Origin: an uncultured delta proteobacterium
GTDB lineage: Bacteria > Desulfobacterota > Binatia > UBA9968
Assembly (NCBI GenBank): GCA_963737905.1
Contig: CAVTUQ010000001.1
Coordinates: forward strand, 64,001-128,000
Length of the DNA: 64,000 nt
Direction: 5' to 3'
Below, piece after piece: positions 21,210-32,312 of this stretch. Position 1 is the stretch's first letter. Each line of letters starts with the position of its first letter. The notes under the pieces were generated by a model. That model had not been told where the DNA came from. It did not search any database and saw nothing but the letters and a program-made list of their open reading frames with translations. Made by a program: the position numbers and the translations under genes.

Positions 21210-22523
21210 TTCAAGATAGATGTCGCATTGATTGTTCAATTGAGATTCTCTGACGTTGGACAATGACTGTTCACTGTGAAACGAAGCCCGGAGTCCAAGA
21301 GCGATGGTTAGCGTATCATCGCTCGGCTGATTTTTGACCCTAGGTACACCCTCACCTACATCGCCAGCGTTCGTTGTAGGGCATTTATGGAAGCCGTTTT
21401 TGGGGCCGACCCAGTCGATATCGGAAAATTGCTTGAGGGCCTCACTCATGACCGAGATTGTTGGCGAGGCAGGATCGAGGGATAGTTCCTCGTCGGTTTC
21501 GCTGTTGTGCTTTTTAGGATTGAGACACACTTCGGTGATCGGCACCCAGTTGCGCGTCTGCCCCGACCAGCGCAGCGGGTTTAACTGCTTGGCCTTTTCA
21601 TACACCGCCACACGCTTGGCTAGAATCGCTTTGTCCAATCCCAGGTGTCGAGAGCTGGGCGTGACAAAACGAATCGCGCTATGAAGATGCTCAGTGTTGT
21701 ACCACTGCACAAAACCACCCACCCACTGTCGGGCTTGATCGATCCCGCTAAAGGCGCTGTCGGGATAGGAGGGACGGTACTTCAGGGTTTTGAACAGCGA
21801 TTCAGAATATGGGTTGTCATCGCTCACCGCGGGACGACTAAAAGACGCCGCCACTCCCAGCCGCTCCAGAGTCGCCAACAAGGTGGCCCCTTTCATCGGG
21901 GCGCCATTGTCCGAATGTAACGTCAGCTGCCCTCTGGCAATCCCTTGCTCTTGGCAGAGCCGATCGATCAACCGTGCTCCATGCTCGGCGCTCTCCATTT
22001 CTTCAACGGTCCACCCAACGATCATCCGGCTGAAAATGTCTTCGACCAAGTACAAATAATAATAGGCCCCGCGCACCGGGCTGTTCAGATACGTGATGTC
22101 CCAGCTCCACACCTCGTTGGGATGGCGCGCTAGCAAATCCTTGGGCCGGCGCCAAACGCGCGGCTTACTGTTTTGACGGTGCGACAGCAACTGGTTTTGT
22201 TTTAACACCCGGTAAAAACTGCTCTCCGATCCCAGATACTGCCCAGCGTCGGCTAACCGCGCCACCATCTGCCACGGCGACAGATCGCGATACGCTCGGC
22301 TATTGGACACTTCCACAATGGCTTGTTTCTCTTTCTCGCTGAACCCATGCCCACACACGCTCTTCGGCCCCCGTCGCTGATCGCCCCGGTCGGGATCTTT
22401 CTCCCACCGCTCCACCGTCCGTAGACTCACCTCCAGCACTTCGCAACTAGCCACCCGCCCCGCGCCACTGGCCCTGGCTTGCTGGACCAGCTCTATACAG
22501 CGACCGCGATCTCCCACGCTCAC
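21210..22523 (-). CDS. IS3 transposase OrfB (rve integrase core); ends approximate
   Basis: WSWDITY, LHSDNG and DNPYSESLFKTLK DDE motifs; A9G slippery run at 22555-22564; no stop before the IS end. Confidence 0.85.
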
Positions 22524-23062
22524 TGCTCCTCTCCGCTGCCCCAGATCAAGTCTGCTTTTTTTTTCAACACCAACAACGCCGTCGTCTCCGCCAACGCCTT
22601 CTCCTTGCGAGAAAGATCTCTCTCCAACTCCTTGATCTTTTTCTTGTCCGCCGCCCATTCGCTGCCATTGGCCGCCGTTAATCCACCGCCCCCCGATTCC
22701 AGCCCCACCTCCATACTCTTCTTCCATCCCGCGATATGTTCGCTATGGAGCCCTTCCCGCCGCAAGTACTCACCCTGCTCTTCTACCTCCAGTCCTTCGA
22801 ACTCGATCACTGCTCTCAGTTTCTCTTGCACGCTTCGATCTCCCGGTCTGCGATGGGCTTTCATCACCTCCGTCTTACCATAGCGCTTGCTCCATTGATA
22901 AAGCGACCAGCTCGATACTCCCAGCACTCGCCCCACCTCTTCCACCGACCGCGATCCTCGATTCTGAAACTTTTCCACTGCCGCTCTTCTAAACTCCTCG
23001 CTCCTTTGTTGACTCACTTGCTTCTTCTTCTCTCTCGCCCCACTTTTCCGCTCTTGCTCCAC
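22520..23062 (-). CDS. IS3 transposase OrfA
   Basis: HTH plus IKELERDLSRKEKALAETTALLVLKKK. Confidence 0.88.
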   Translation of the reverse strand: MEQERKSGAREKKKQVSQQRSEEFRRAAVEKFQNRGSRSVEEVGRVLGVSSWSLYQWSKRYGKTEVMKAHRRPGDRSVQEKLRAVIEFEGLEVEEQGEYLRREGLHSEHIAGWKKSMEVGLESGGGGLTAANGSEWAADKKKIKELERDLSRKEKALAETTALLVLKKKADLIWGSGEEQ

Positions 23063-23938
23063 GCGACATCTATCCTGACATTAGGGGCCAAGAATGCTAC
23101 CAAAACAATCCCTATTGTCATAACACATGTTAGCGACCCTGTAGGATCAGGGCTAGTCGCCAGCCTGGCGCGACCCGGAGGCAACATAACGGGATTGTCC
23201 GGTGTTTCCGCTGGAGCTACTAAGCGGCAAGCGACTGGAGCTTCTGAAGGAGACCGTTCCCAAGTTCTCCCGTGTGGCTTTCTTCGGACCTACCCTCGGG
23301 CAACCACAAACAGTTAAAAGAGATGGAACGCGACGCCGGGGAGTTAGGGGTAAAGCTTCAATACTTAGAGGTACAGAGTCCCAAGGAAATTGAACCCGCA
23401 CTTCTAGCCGCGAGCAAAGGGCGTGCTCAAGCAGTCCTCATAAATAGGAACCCCTTTACTGCTATTCATTACGCACGGATCGCAGAGCTTGCGATAAAGA
23501 ACCGCCTTCCAACCATGTACGCCGATAGGGAGTTCGTCGAAGCCGGTGGGCTAATGTCCTATGGACCAGACTATATCTTTATGTATCGACGCGTTGCCGT
23601 TTACGTGGACAAGATTCTGAAAGGCACCAAGCCCGCCGATCTGCCCGTAGAGCGGCCCATGAAGTACGAGCTGGTGATAAATCTCAAGACCGCGAAGCAG
23701 ATCGGTCTGACGATTCCACCGAATCTGCTGGCACGGGCAGATAAGGTGATTAAGTAAGACGCTGAACACCAGAAGCGGAGGCTGGGTCACACCCGGCGAG
23801 CGGACATCGAATCGTAAATGTCTGCTGAGTGAATATCAGATGTCCCCAATAATGGCCCTGCGTCGCGATATACGCTTGCGAGACGACAGTCGCTACGCTC
23901 AAATTTATGGTTCTTGTCGTTATCCCCCACGATTAAAA

Positions 23939-26900
23939 TCAGCTTGGCGATGATCTCTCAGGTAAGCTAAAGCTGAAGGTAGACCCTTTGCCTATCTCAC
24001 TTTCTACCCAGATCTTTCCCCCATGCAGTTCGACAAACTTCTTGGCTAAGGTTAACCCAAGTCCGGTCCCCTCGACCTTATGTGCATAGTCCGCTCCCAC
24101 TTGGCGGAATTCCTCGAATATCTTTGGCTGATCCTCCGGGGCGATCCCGATGCCGGTGTCACTGACCGATATCTCTACCGAACCATCAGCCTGCCTGGCG
24201 TTAATTCCAATCCGTCCTCCCTCCGGTGTGAACTTCACGGCATTGGAGAGCAGATTAAGCAGGATCTGTTTGATCTTGCGCTCATCACCTATGAAATCGC
24301 CAAGATGCTCGTCAACAGTAACGTCGAGGTTGATCCCGTGCTTGGTGGCCCGCTCGCGCACAAAGGTACGCGCGTTGTCGATTGCCAAGGGCAGATCAAA
24401 CGTAGCAACCTCTAGCTCCATGCGGCCAGCCTCCACCTTGGAGAGATCGAGAATCTCATTGATGAGGGACAAAAGATGGCGGCCGGAAGAGAGGATGTCG
24501 TCGGTGTACTCGGCTTGTTTCTCGTTCAGCTCGCCGAACAGTCTTTCCTCCAAGACTTCCGAGAAACCGATGATGGCATTGAGCGGCGTGCGTAGCTCAT
24601 GGGACATGTTGGCGAGAAACTCCGACTTGTGCCGATTGGCGGCCTCGATCTGACGGCTCTTGTCTTCGATCTCGCGGAACAGTCGGGCGTTTTGGATCGC
24701 CAATACGGACTGGGTGGCGAAGGTTTTCAAAAGCTCGATGACTTCGGGGCGAAACTCGCCGGTGGATTTTCGCCTGACCACCAAGCCGCCAATGATGCGG
24801 TCTTCGCGTAACAACGGGACAGCCAGACTGGCGCGAAAGCCGAAGCGCTCCAGCAACTGACGCATTCGCAGCGCATACGTGTGCTCTTCGAGGATATTGG
24901 GGATTTGTATGGGTTCACGCGTTGACGCTGCCCGACCCACCAACCCGTCTCCCAAGTGCGGCGGATTGGCGCGAAGCGCGTTGATGAGTTCTTCCTCCAT
25001 GTGATCAGTAGCCCTGAGCAAGAACTCTTCGGATTCTTCGTCATATTCGTAAATCGCTCCGCCGTCCGTGCCGCTTAACTGGACCGCATGGGAGACGATT
25101 CTCGTCAGTACGGCTTCGAGGTCGAGAGTGGAGCTGACTACCTGGCTGACTTCGCCGAGGGCTTTGAGTTCGCCTACCGAGCGTGTCAGTTCGTTGGTTC
25201 GCTCATCTAATTCTTTGAACAGCCGAACGTTCTCGATGGCGATGACGGCCTGGTCAGCGAAGGTTTCGAGGAGCTTGATCTGCGCCGGGGTGAAGGGGCG
25301 CACCTCAATGCGACGTGCTGTCAGGTATCCAATGAGTTCCCCCTGTTGTCGAAGGGGAACGTACAAGCCGGTGCGCCAGATACCAGAATGGCCCACCAAT
25401 GGGAAATCGGTCTGCGCTCGCACGTCCGGAATGTGGAGCGTGCCGTGCTCACGCATCCACCGAAAAAATGGTTCATCAATATTGATCTCGACGCGGTTAA
25501 TTGGTATCGGGCCAAAGTGAGCCCGGGGAACTATAACGTTCCCCTCGGGGAGTCGCAGTATCACATCATCAATCCCACAGACCCGCGCCGCGCTCTCGAC
25601 GATGGCGTCCAGAACGGGCTGCACGTCCGTCGGCGAGCGGCTGATGATGCTGAGCACCTCGGCCGTTGCCGTCTGATGCTCTAGCGCCTCGCGCAATTCT
25701 GCATTGCGCTCGCCCAATTCCCGGAAGAGGCGGACGTTTTCGATGGCAATGACCGCCTGCGACGCAAAGGTTTCAAGCAGCTTAACCTGCTTATCAGTAA
25801 AGGGACGAACTTCGGTTCGTCGGACGTTGATCACTCCTATGGAAACACCCTCGCGAAGCAAAGGCGTCGCAAGAATTGTCCGAGTCCCGAAACGTTGTTG
25901 TAAGATTTTGCTTTCCGGAAAGTCCTTATCGCTCTCTGTAGCGAGATCGTGAATATGAACCGTCTGCCGATCAACGATAGCCCGAGTACCGACTAAGCCA
26001 CGAGTAATGGGACGTTTCTCTTCCTGACCGGGTGCTGGCTGTGTACCGTAGGATGCCCATTGGCGAACAAAATCGCCCTCGACACGACTGATTTGCGCGT
26101 CAGTGGCGTCACATAGTCGCGCGGCACTTTCTGCAACGGCATCGAGCACCGGCTGGATGTCCGTAGGTGAACTAGCAATGACACCCAAGATTTCACTTGT
26201 CGCAGTCTGCTGATCCAACGACTCCTTGAGTTCGTTGAAAAGCCGGACGTTTTCGATGGCGATCACCGCTTGGTCGGCGAAAGTCTCTAGGAGCTTGATC
26301 TGCGCTGGGGTGAAGGGGCGCACCTCGATGCGACGTGCGATGAGCCTGCCGATGACTTCCCGCTGCTGACGAAGCGGAACCGCCAAGAAGGTACGAAAGT
26401 TGCCGAGCGGAGTTATTTGAAAATCCATTTGGGCTTGGTTCAGTACATCGGGAATGTGGACCGTACCAAGATGGAGAGTCCAAGGCCTTCCTCCCTCATC
26501 AATACTGATCTCTCGGCGGGCAACTGGTATGGGACCAAAATGAGCCCGCGCAACCATATTGTTTCCCTCATGAAATCGCAATATAAGATCATCTATCCCA
26601 CAAACCCGCGCGGCACTCTCGACGATAGCGTCGAGAACCGGCTCCACATCGGTGGGCGAGCGGCTGATGATGCTGAGCACCTCGGCGGTTGCGGTCTGAT
26701 GCTCCAGCGCCTCCCGTAATTCTGCGTTCCGATCCTGCAATTCCTTAAACAGCCGCACATTCTCAATAGCGATCACTGCTTGGTCGGCAAAAGTTTTTAG
26801 GAGGTTTACCTGTGTGTCGGTGAAGGGACGGGTCTCTTGGCGGCGAATCGTAATAACCCCGATAGGTAGGCCTTCCCGCAGCAATGGCGTGGCAAGAATA

Positions 26901-29470
26901 GTCCGTGTACCCGTAAGCTGTTGGAAAGCTAGAGACTGAGACTCTGGGAACTCGGTTCTCTCTGCCGCCAAGTCATGAACGTGAATAGTTTGCCGGTCGA
27001 CTACGGCTCGGCCGGTGGGCAAACCGCGACTAATAGGTAGAACTTCTGCCGGCGCAGGTACAGGACCATGCTTTGCCACCAGTTTGAGGCTCTCGCCATC
27101 GACGCGATAGATTAGAGCGTTTAATGCCTCGCAAAGGCGGGCCGCATTCTCCGCAACCACATCCAGCACCGGCTGAATGTCCGTCGGCGAACTAGCGATA
27201 ACACCCAAGATTTCGCTCGTCGCAGTCTGCTGCTCCAACGATTCTTTGAGTTCTTGGAACAGCCGGACGTTTTCCAGGGCGATGACGGCCTGGTCTGCAA
27301 AGGTTTCGAGCAGCTTGATTTGCGCCGGCGTGAACGGGTGCACCTGTATGCGACGTGCGACCAGTTCGCCAATGAGTTCCCCGTGGTGAAGAAGTGGAGC
27401 GGTTAAGTAACTGCGCCAGCCGCCAGCGGAAGCCAACATCGGGAAATCGTTCTGCTCGCGAACGTCAGGAATATGGAGCGTACCGTGCTCACGTATCCAA
27501 CGATACCGCGGTTCATCAATATTGATTTCGCGTACATTAATCGGAATGGGACCAAAGTGAGCTCGTGGAACCGTAATGTCGCCCTCGCACAGTCGCAACA
27601 GCATATCATCGATCCCACAAACCCGGGCAGCGCTCTCGACGATTGCATTGAGCACCGGTTGCACGTCCGTGGGCGAGCGGCTGATGATGCCGAGCACCTC
27701 GGAGGTTGCCGTCTGATGCTCCAGGGCCTCTCGTAATTCTACATTCCGCTCCTGGATCTCCTTAAACAATCGCACGTTCTCGATAGCGATGACAGCTTGA
27801 TCGGCGAAGGTTTTGAGCAGTGCGATTTGCTTGTCGGTGAATGGCTTCACCTCCAAACGGCGAATCCCAATGACACCAATGGGAACGCCTTCGCGGATTA
27901 ACGGAGTTGCGAGCATTGTGCGAGTGGGATTAATCTGGCTTAAAGTCTTGGAATCTGGAAACTCGCTTTCAAGCTGTGCTGCGACATCATGAACGTGGAT
28001 CGTCTGCCGATCGACCATGGCCCGACCACTCACCCAGCCACGGCTAATAGGCATTGATTCTTCAATCCCAGGTAGCGGCCCATAATGGGCGACCCGCCGA
28101 AGGTTATTACCTTCAACTCGAAGGATAATGGCATCGTTAGCACCGCAAACCCGCGTTGCGTTTTCGGCGACGACGTCGAGCACCGGCTGAATATCCGTCG
28201 GCGAGCTGGCGATGACGCCCAGGATCTCGCTCGTCGCCGTCTGCTGCTCCAACGATTCTTTGAGTTCCTGGAACAGCCGCACGTTCTCGATGGCGATGAC
28301 GGCCTGGTCGGCAAAGGTCGTGACCAGCTCGATCTGTCGTTCGGTAAATGGCGCGACCGTTTCGCGCCAGATCGAAATCGTCCCAATTGGAATCCCCTCG
28401 CGGAGCATGGGTACAGCAAGGAAAGTGCGTAATCGGACCGGCGGCAGTTCGAAGGTCGGATCTTGTTCAACATCCGGGATATGGATCGGTTTGCGCTCCA
28501 GGAACGCACGACCCGGTCCTGTCTCTCGACCTGGTCGCACTGGTGTCTCCTGGAAGGCTGCCGCCCCTTCAGCGCTGACGTTGTAGTAAGCAACCAGTTG
28601 GAGAAACTCGCCGTCATATTGGCGAATGTGACCGTGCTCGGCCCCGATGAGCCTGACGGCATTTGCAATCACCGTGTCCAGCACAGGCTGGAGTACAGTG
28701 GGCGAGGATGCGATAACCCGAAGAACTTCGCCGGTTGCGGTCTGCTGTTCCAATGCCTCGGTTAGGTCGCGGTTGCGTTCCTGCAACTCTCTGAAAAGCC
28801 GCACGTTCTCGATGGCAATCACGGCCTGATCGGCGAAGGTTTTGAGGAGAGCTATCTGTTTGTCCGTAAAAGGTTGAACTTCCGTGCGTCGAATGAGAAT
28901 CGCTCCAATCGGAAGACCCTCCCGGAGCAGTGGCGCGCCGAGCACAGACCGGGTTCCGTCGCGGACAGCTCGCGACTTGGCGAGTGGAAACTCCACCTCT
29001 GATTCTGCTTGCATGTCGTGGACATGGACGAGCTGTCCGTCGACCACGGCTCGCCCAGCGACGGAGGCACGATTCAACGGGGTTGCATCCGCAGTTCTGG
29101 GAATCGCGCCGAAATGAGCCGCATCGCGAAGAACGTCGCCATCGAGCCGATGAATGATAGCATCCTGTGCATCGATCAAACGCGCGGCATTTTCAGCGAC
29201 AGCGTCAAGCACTGATTGCAGGTCTGTGGCGGAGTTAGCGATAATCCCCAGAATCTCGCTGGTGGAGGTCTGCTGTTCCAATGCTTCCGCGAGCTGACGA
29301 TCACGTTCCTGCAACTTTTTGTCCTTTGCTTCCTCCCGCTGCAAAGATTCGGCGAGTTGCTGGCGTAACTCCGCAATCGTCTGCGCTTGTTCAGCCACAA
29401 GCGTGTTCACCATGGGACGGCGCGGTTTTGCCTTTTTGTTATCAGAGCCTTTTTTGGTCGTGGTTGCCAT
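23939..29470 (-). CDS. Cytoplasmic sensor histidine kinase with 9 tandem GAF domains
   Basis: Nine GAF-terminal motifs; HisKA/HATPase nearly identical to the 4364 kinase. Confidence 0.96.
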   Translation of the reverse strand: MATTTKKGSDNKKAKPRRPMVNTLVAEQAQTIAELRQQLAESLQREEAKDKKLQERDRQLAEALEQQTSTSEILGIIANSATDLQSVLDAVAENAARLIDAQDAIIHRLDGDVLRDAAHFGAIPRTADATPLNRASVAGRAVVDGQLVHVHDMQAESEVEFPLAKSRAVRDGTRSVLGAPLLREGLPIGAILIRRTEVQPFTDKQIALLKTFADQAVIAIENVRLFRELQERNRDLTEALEQQTATGEVLRVIASSPTVLQPVLDTVIANAVRLIGAEHGHIRQYDGEFLQLVAYYNVSAEGAAAFQETPVRPGRETGPGRAFLERKPIHIPDVEQDPTFELPPVRLRTFLAVPMLREGIPIGTISIWRETVAPFTERQIELVTTFADQAVIAIENVRLFQELKESLEQQTATSEILGVIASSPTDIQPVLDVVAENATRVCGANDAIILRVEGNNLRRVAHYGPLPGIEESMPISRGWVSGRAMVDRQTIHVHDVAAQLESEFPDSKTLSQINPTRTMLATPLIREGVPIGVIGIRRLEVKPFTDKQIALLKTFADQAVIAIENVRLFKEIQERNVELREALEHQTATSEVLGIISRSPTDVQPVLNAIVESAARVCGIDDMLLRLCEGDITVPRAHFGPIPINVREINIDEPRYRWIREHGTLHIPDVREQNDFPMLASAGGWRSYLTAPLLHHGELIGELVARRIQVHPFTPAQIKLLETFADQAVIALENVRLFQELKESLEQQTATSEILGVIASSPTDIQPVLDVVAENAARLCEALNALIYRVDGESLKLVAKHGPVPAPAEVLPISRGLPTGRAVVDRQTIHVHDLAAERTEFPESQSLAFQQLTGTRTILATPLLREGLPIGVITIRRQETRPFTDTQVNLLKTFADQAVIAIENVRLFKELQDRNAELREALEHQTATAEVLSIISRSPTDVEPVLDAIVESAARVCGIDDLILRFHEGNNMVARAHFGPIPVARREISIDEGGRPWTLHLGTVHIPDVLNQAQMDFQITPLGNFRTFLAVPLRQQREVIGRLIARRIEVRPFTPAQIKLLETFADQAVIAIENVRLFNELKESLDQQTATSEILGVIASSPTDIQPVLDAVAESAARLCDATDAQISRVEGDFVRQWASYGTQPAPGQEEKRPITRGLVGTRAIVDRQTVHIHDLATESDKDFPESKILQQRFGTRTILATPLLREGVSIGVINVRRTEVRPFTDKQVKLLETFASQAVIAIENVRLFRELGERNAELREALEHQTATAEVLSIISRSPTDVQPVLDAIVESAARVCGIDDVILRLPEGNVIVPRAHFGPIPINRVEINIDEPFFRWMREHGTLHIPDVRAQTDFPLVGHSGIWRTGLYVPLRQQGELIGYLTARRIEVRPFTPAQIKLLETFADQAVIAIENVRLFKELDERTNELTRSVGELKALGEVSQVVSSTLDLEAVLTRIVSHAVQLSGTDGGAIYEYDEESEEFLLRATDHMEEELINALRANPPHLGDGLVGRAASTREPIQIPNILEEHTYALRMRQLLERFGFRASLAVPLLREDRIIGGLVVRRKSTGEFRPEVIELLKTFATQSVLAIQNARLFREIEDKSRQIEAANRHKSEFLANMSHELRTPLNAIIGFSEVLEERLFGELNEKQAEYTDDILSSGRHLLSLINEILDLSKVEAGRMELEVATFDLPLAIDNARTFVRERATKHGINLDVTVDEHLGDFIGDERKIKQILLNLLSNAVKFTPEGGRIGINARQADGSVEISVSDTGIGIAPEDQPKIFEEFRQVGADYAHKVEGTGLGLTLAKKFVELHGGKIWVESEIGKGSTFSFSLPERSSPS

Positions 29471-29742
29471 AAAAAACCAACTGGAGACCGTCGCAGGCGA
29501 AACTAAAGACGTGGCCTGATCGGTTTACTTGTGGTAACAGCTCGCCCGGCGGCTGAACTGTCTTTTACGCCAAGGCACTCGGTGGCGTCAAGGAAAGGCT
29601 GCCTTGCCGTGCCAAGTGAAAGGTAGCGCGAGACTTCTGCCAAAACGGGGAGGCGAGGAGCGGTTGCGGATGCAACGTTCCGAGCTGAGCCGCTGAGGAC
29701 AAAATCCGAGATAAAAAAGCCGAGATCCCGTGCAGGCGTAGT

Positions 29743-29865
29743 AATAGCCGTAAATGCAGGGACTCTAAAGCATGCTTTCTGAATTTTTGGACACCGCGCA
29801 CCCAAGAATAGCCGTGCTGCTGAAACCCAAAAAGCTTGCTTTCCGATTTTGAGTCCCGCGCGCAC
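29743..29865. repeat. Two imperfect tandem repeats, about 64-bp period
   Basis: AATAGCCGT...AAAGC(A/T)TGCTTTC..ATTTT...CGCGCAC occurs twice. Confidence 0.7.
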
Positions 29866-30003
29866 GTAAACCGCGCCGCTTGGCCCGTCGGTGACGTGGG
29901 TCGGGTGCCCCTGGACTCAGGTTGGTGAAACGGGGGGCTCAATTCTAGCAGTTCTCATCCGCGACGTTTTCCCGCTATGGACGATAGCCACTAGCGAGCG
30001 CAA

Positions 30004-30505
30004 TATGGTACAATTTCAAGCTAACGAGATGAACGCAAAACACGACGGCGGATTAATCAAGTTCATGCATTTCTCAAACCGGCTTTGTTTTTATGGGATT
30101 GGCCTGATTGGTGTTTTGTTTTTAGTTGCTTATCACGCTTCAGCAACGCTCTTTCCATTCGACTCCGACCTTCTACCGGTATCCGGTACCTTCTTTGCTC
30201 TTATTGCGATTCTATTTTTCTCAATCGATAGAACAATGGAGTCGCAGGCCAGAGAAATAGAGATCGCACATCGCTTTGCTCAGGTATTTTTCGCGTTGGC
30301 TGAAGAAGGCCAAGCTGTCGGTTCCGCAGAGAAAAGGGGCCATACGCGAGCGGCGGCGGAGAAAATCGAGGAACTGAAGAAGAACTTAAAGACCAAAATA
30401 ATAAAGGCTGAGAAGCATCTTCGAAGCGAATGGCGCTTCGTTGTAGTGAGCAGTGTGACTGTACTTCTTGGGTTCCAGGCTGTCCTTTCGAGCCTTAAAC
30501 ATTGA
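30004..30505 (+). CDS. Hypothetical membrane protein (start uncertain)
   Basis: Open frame with three hydrophobic segments and a charged helical linker. Confidence 0.55.
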
Positions 30506-30665
30506 CGGGATACCCCCACGGAGCCAGTCAGTATAGGTTTGTGAGTGAGCGGCGAAATCACAACGAGGATCGCCTTCTTCCCCCTACGCAATATTCTACA
30601 ACCCCCCTTAACATGATCTAAAACTGGAGCCTATAAACAGCAGAGCACATCGAATACGGCTAGCA

Positions 30666-30762
30666 AATCGAACCCCACCGACACGAGGACTACTAATCCT
30701 CGTAGCGCGTCTAACCGCAAGAAAACACAATCGAATGTTTTCACTTTGCCACTACTTTGCCA
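30666..30762. mobile_element. att-like site: degenerate tRNA-Phe 3' half, core GACACGAGGA-CTACTAA-TCCTCGT, and ACTTTGCCA twice
   Basis: AATCGAAC..CCGACACGAGGA matches 20463-20484; flank homologous to 18713-18850. Confidence 0.7.
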
Positions 30763-30812
30763 TAAGTAAACAGCTATGGGAAAATGAATCCTGCTACGTG
30801 GGAAGAAACGAA

Positions 30813-31058
30813 ATGGCTGGATTGAAAGGAAAGAGCGGACCTCCAGGCAACATGAACGCCTTCAAGCACGGGCTGGCGGCTATTCAGAAGCGGCGCGAGG
30901 AAGGAATTCCCACCGAGCACGAGAAGAATGTCAGGCAGCAGATTCTAGACGGCTTGATAGCCGATAAGGGCGGTGACGAGCAGATATCGACGGCCACGAG
31001 GATTCTGGCTAAGGTTATCCGCCTTAGATGCCGCATAGCGCGGACTGGTGAGAACTGA
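30813..31058 (+). pseudogene. Small-terminase-like gene copy T3, 3'-truncated
   Basis: Near-identical to T2 up to ILAKVI (about 31020), then unrelated. Confidence 0.8.
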
Positions 31059-31157
31059 GAACCACCGCCCTATAGGATTACAAACGGACAGTCAAATGAT
31101 TGGTTCAGTGAAGGCGAAAAGTCTTGGTGATCTTTAGAGAGAAATTTACGGTAAAGC

Positions 31158-31784
31158 CTAGCGCGTCCGGAGCGTGATCAGATCAGATCGTGTCATGGTC
31201 ACGTTATGTCGGTAGCCAAAGCTCGTAAATAGAGAAAAGGTCTGAAGGACCTCCTTTTCATCTTTCTGCGCCGTGCAATCCATCGGCACGTAGACGTGGT
31301 AATCGCGTACGCTTAAAGCCATCACGACGCTCTGGACGCAGTTGCGAGTCGAGATGCCGGTGACAATGATGCGACCTTCACCTGGACGGATCCCGAAGCG
31401 CACCAGAAGAGCATCCATTTCGGTCTGATAGAAGCAATCATGGGTCCGCTTCACGATCAGAGGCTCGTCATCGGCGGGTTTCAGTTCGTCGATCAGCTCC
31501 GCTCCCCAACTCCCTTCCAGCTTACGAACCGTGTTTTTGAAAACCGTGAACTCGAGCGCATCCGGCGATCGCACAGATTGCGTGTGGATGACCCGCCCGC
31601 CAGCATGCCGCACTCTTTCCCGAAGCTCCCGAATCTTTGGGATGATCCGCCGCACCGGTTCCCCAATGTAAAGCGCTCCGTTCGGATGCGCGTTCTCATT
31701 CTCCATGTCGATGATCACCAGCAGTGTCTTCTCTGCTTCTAACTCGATCGGAACCGGTTCGGGGTAATCAAGGTCAATTAGCAT
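31158..31784 (-). CDS. Isochorismatase-family cysteine hydrolase
   Basis: IIDM, VKRTHDCF and GISTRNCV catalytic D-K-C. Confidence 0.92.
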   Translation of the reverse strand: MLIDLDYPEPVPIELEAEKTLLVIIDMENENAHPNGALYIGEPVRRIIPKIRELRERVRHAGGRVIHTQSVRSPDALEFTVFKNTVRKLEGSWGAELIDELKPADDEPLIVKRTHDCFYQTEMDALLVRFGIRPGEGRIIVTGISTRNCVQSVVMALSVRDYHVYVPMDCTAQKDEKEVLQTFSLFTSFGYRHNVTMTRSDLITLRTR

Positions 31785-31829
31785 GGCATTACTGTTAGAG
31801 CCTTTAGCTTGGATTATTCACACAGGGGT

Positions 31830-32005
31830 GACCGAGGAGCGAGCCTCTCCGGTCGCGGGCAATGGGCCTGTACCTTGGGAGGGCCGCAAACTGGGTGGCG
31901 GATCGCAGGGCCGAGGAACAAACGCAAGCTCATAGCCAAGCCTCCTAATAGTCATTGCAGCTTTACCCTCGTGTGCCCGCTCGCTTCGAGGCTCGCTCCT
32001 CGGTC
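31830..32005. repeat. 176-bp element with perfect 18-bp terminal inverted repeats (MITE/REPIN-like)
   Basis: GACCGAGGAGCGAGCCTC / GAGGCTCGCTCCTCGGTC, plus inner GCGGGCA/TGCCCGC. Confidence 0.75.
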
Positions 32006-32312
32006 TTCAGTATTTCGTGTCTTTCTTGAATCCATGAGTATTCCAGGCTAGGAAACCGATTGGGTTCATCGCGCAAATCAGTGCTTAAACTGTTTCACCA
32101 TCCCCCTGTTGGGACAATAAGTATGCGTCTGATGATCGATGATTTCGGAAGAGTCCCACCGGCTTTGATCGGTGGTCGCTCCCGAGCTTAGTCCCGCAGC
32201 GAGGACGACGGCCAAAATTTCGAAGAGGCTTGAAAATCGACTCATCGATTGCCTCGGGCGTTGTTGTCTCCCGGTAGATCAAACCTTGGAACGCTTAACA
32301 CAGCGGTCGATC

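Larger units (their letters stand above)
21202..23087 (-). mobile_element. IS3-family insertion sequence
   Basis: 25-bp imperfect IRs sharing GATAGATGTCGC; CCAAG duplicated at 21197-21201 and 23088-23092; orfA/orfB arrangement. Confidence 0.92.
20890..23757 (+). pseudogene. ABC substrate-binding protein (COG2984) interrupted by IS3 and further frameshifted
   Basis: N-terminus MNKRKLGSFAL identical to the 2010 gene; HAK|NATKTIPIV rejoins across the IS; indels near 23215 and 23290. Confidence 0.9.

Noticed and set aside
152-31058. Prophage or complete phage satellite
   Set aside because: No integrase, replication, structural or lysis genes; only the TerS-like motif and att-like sites
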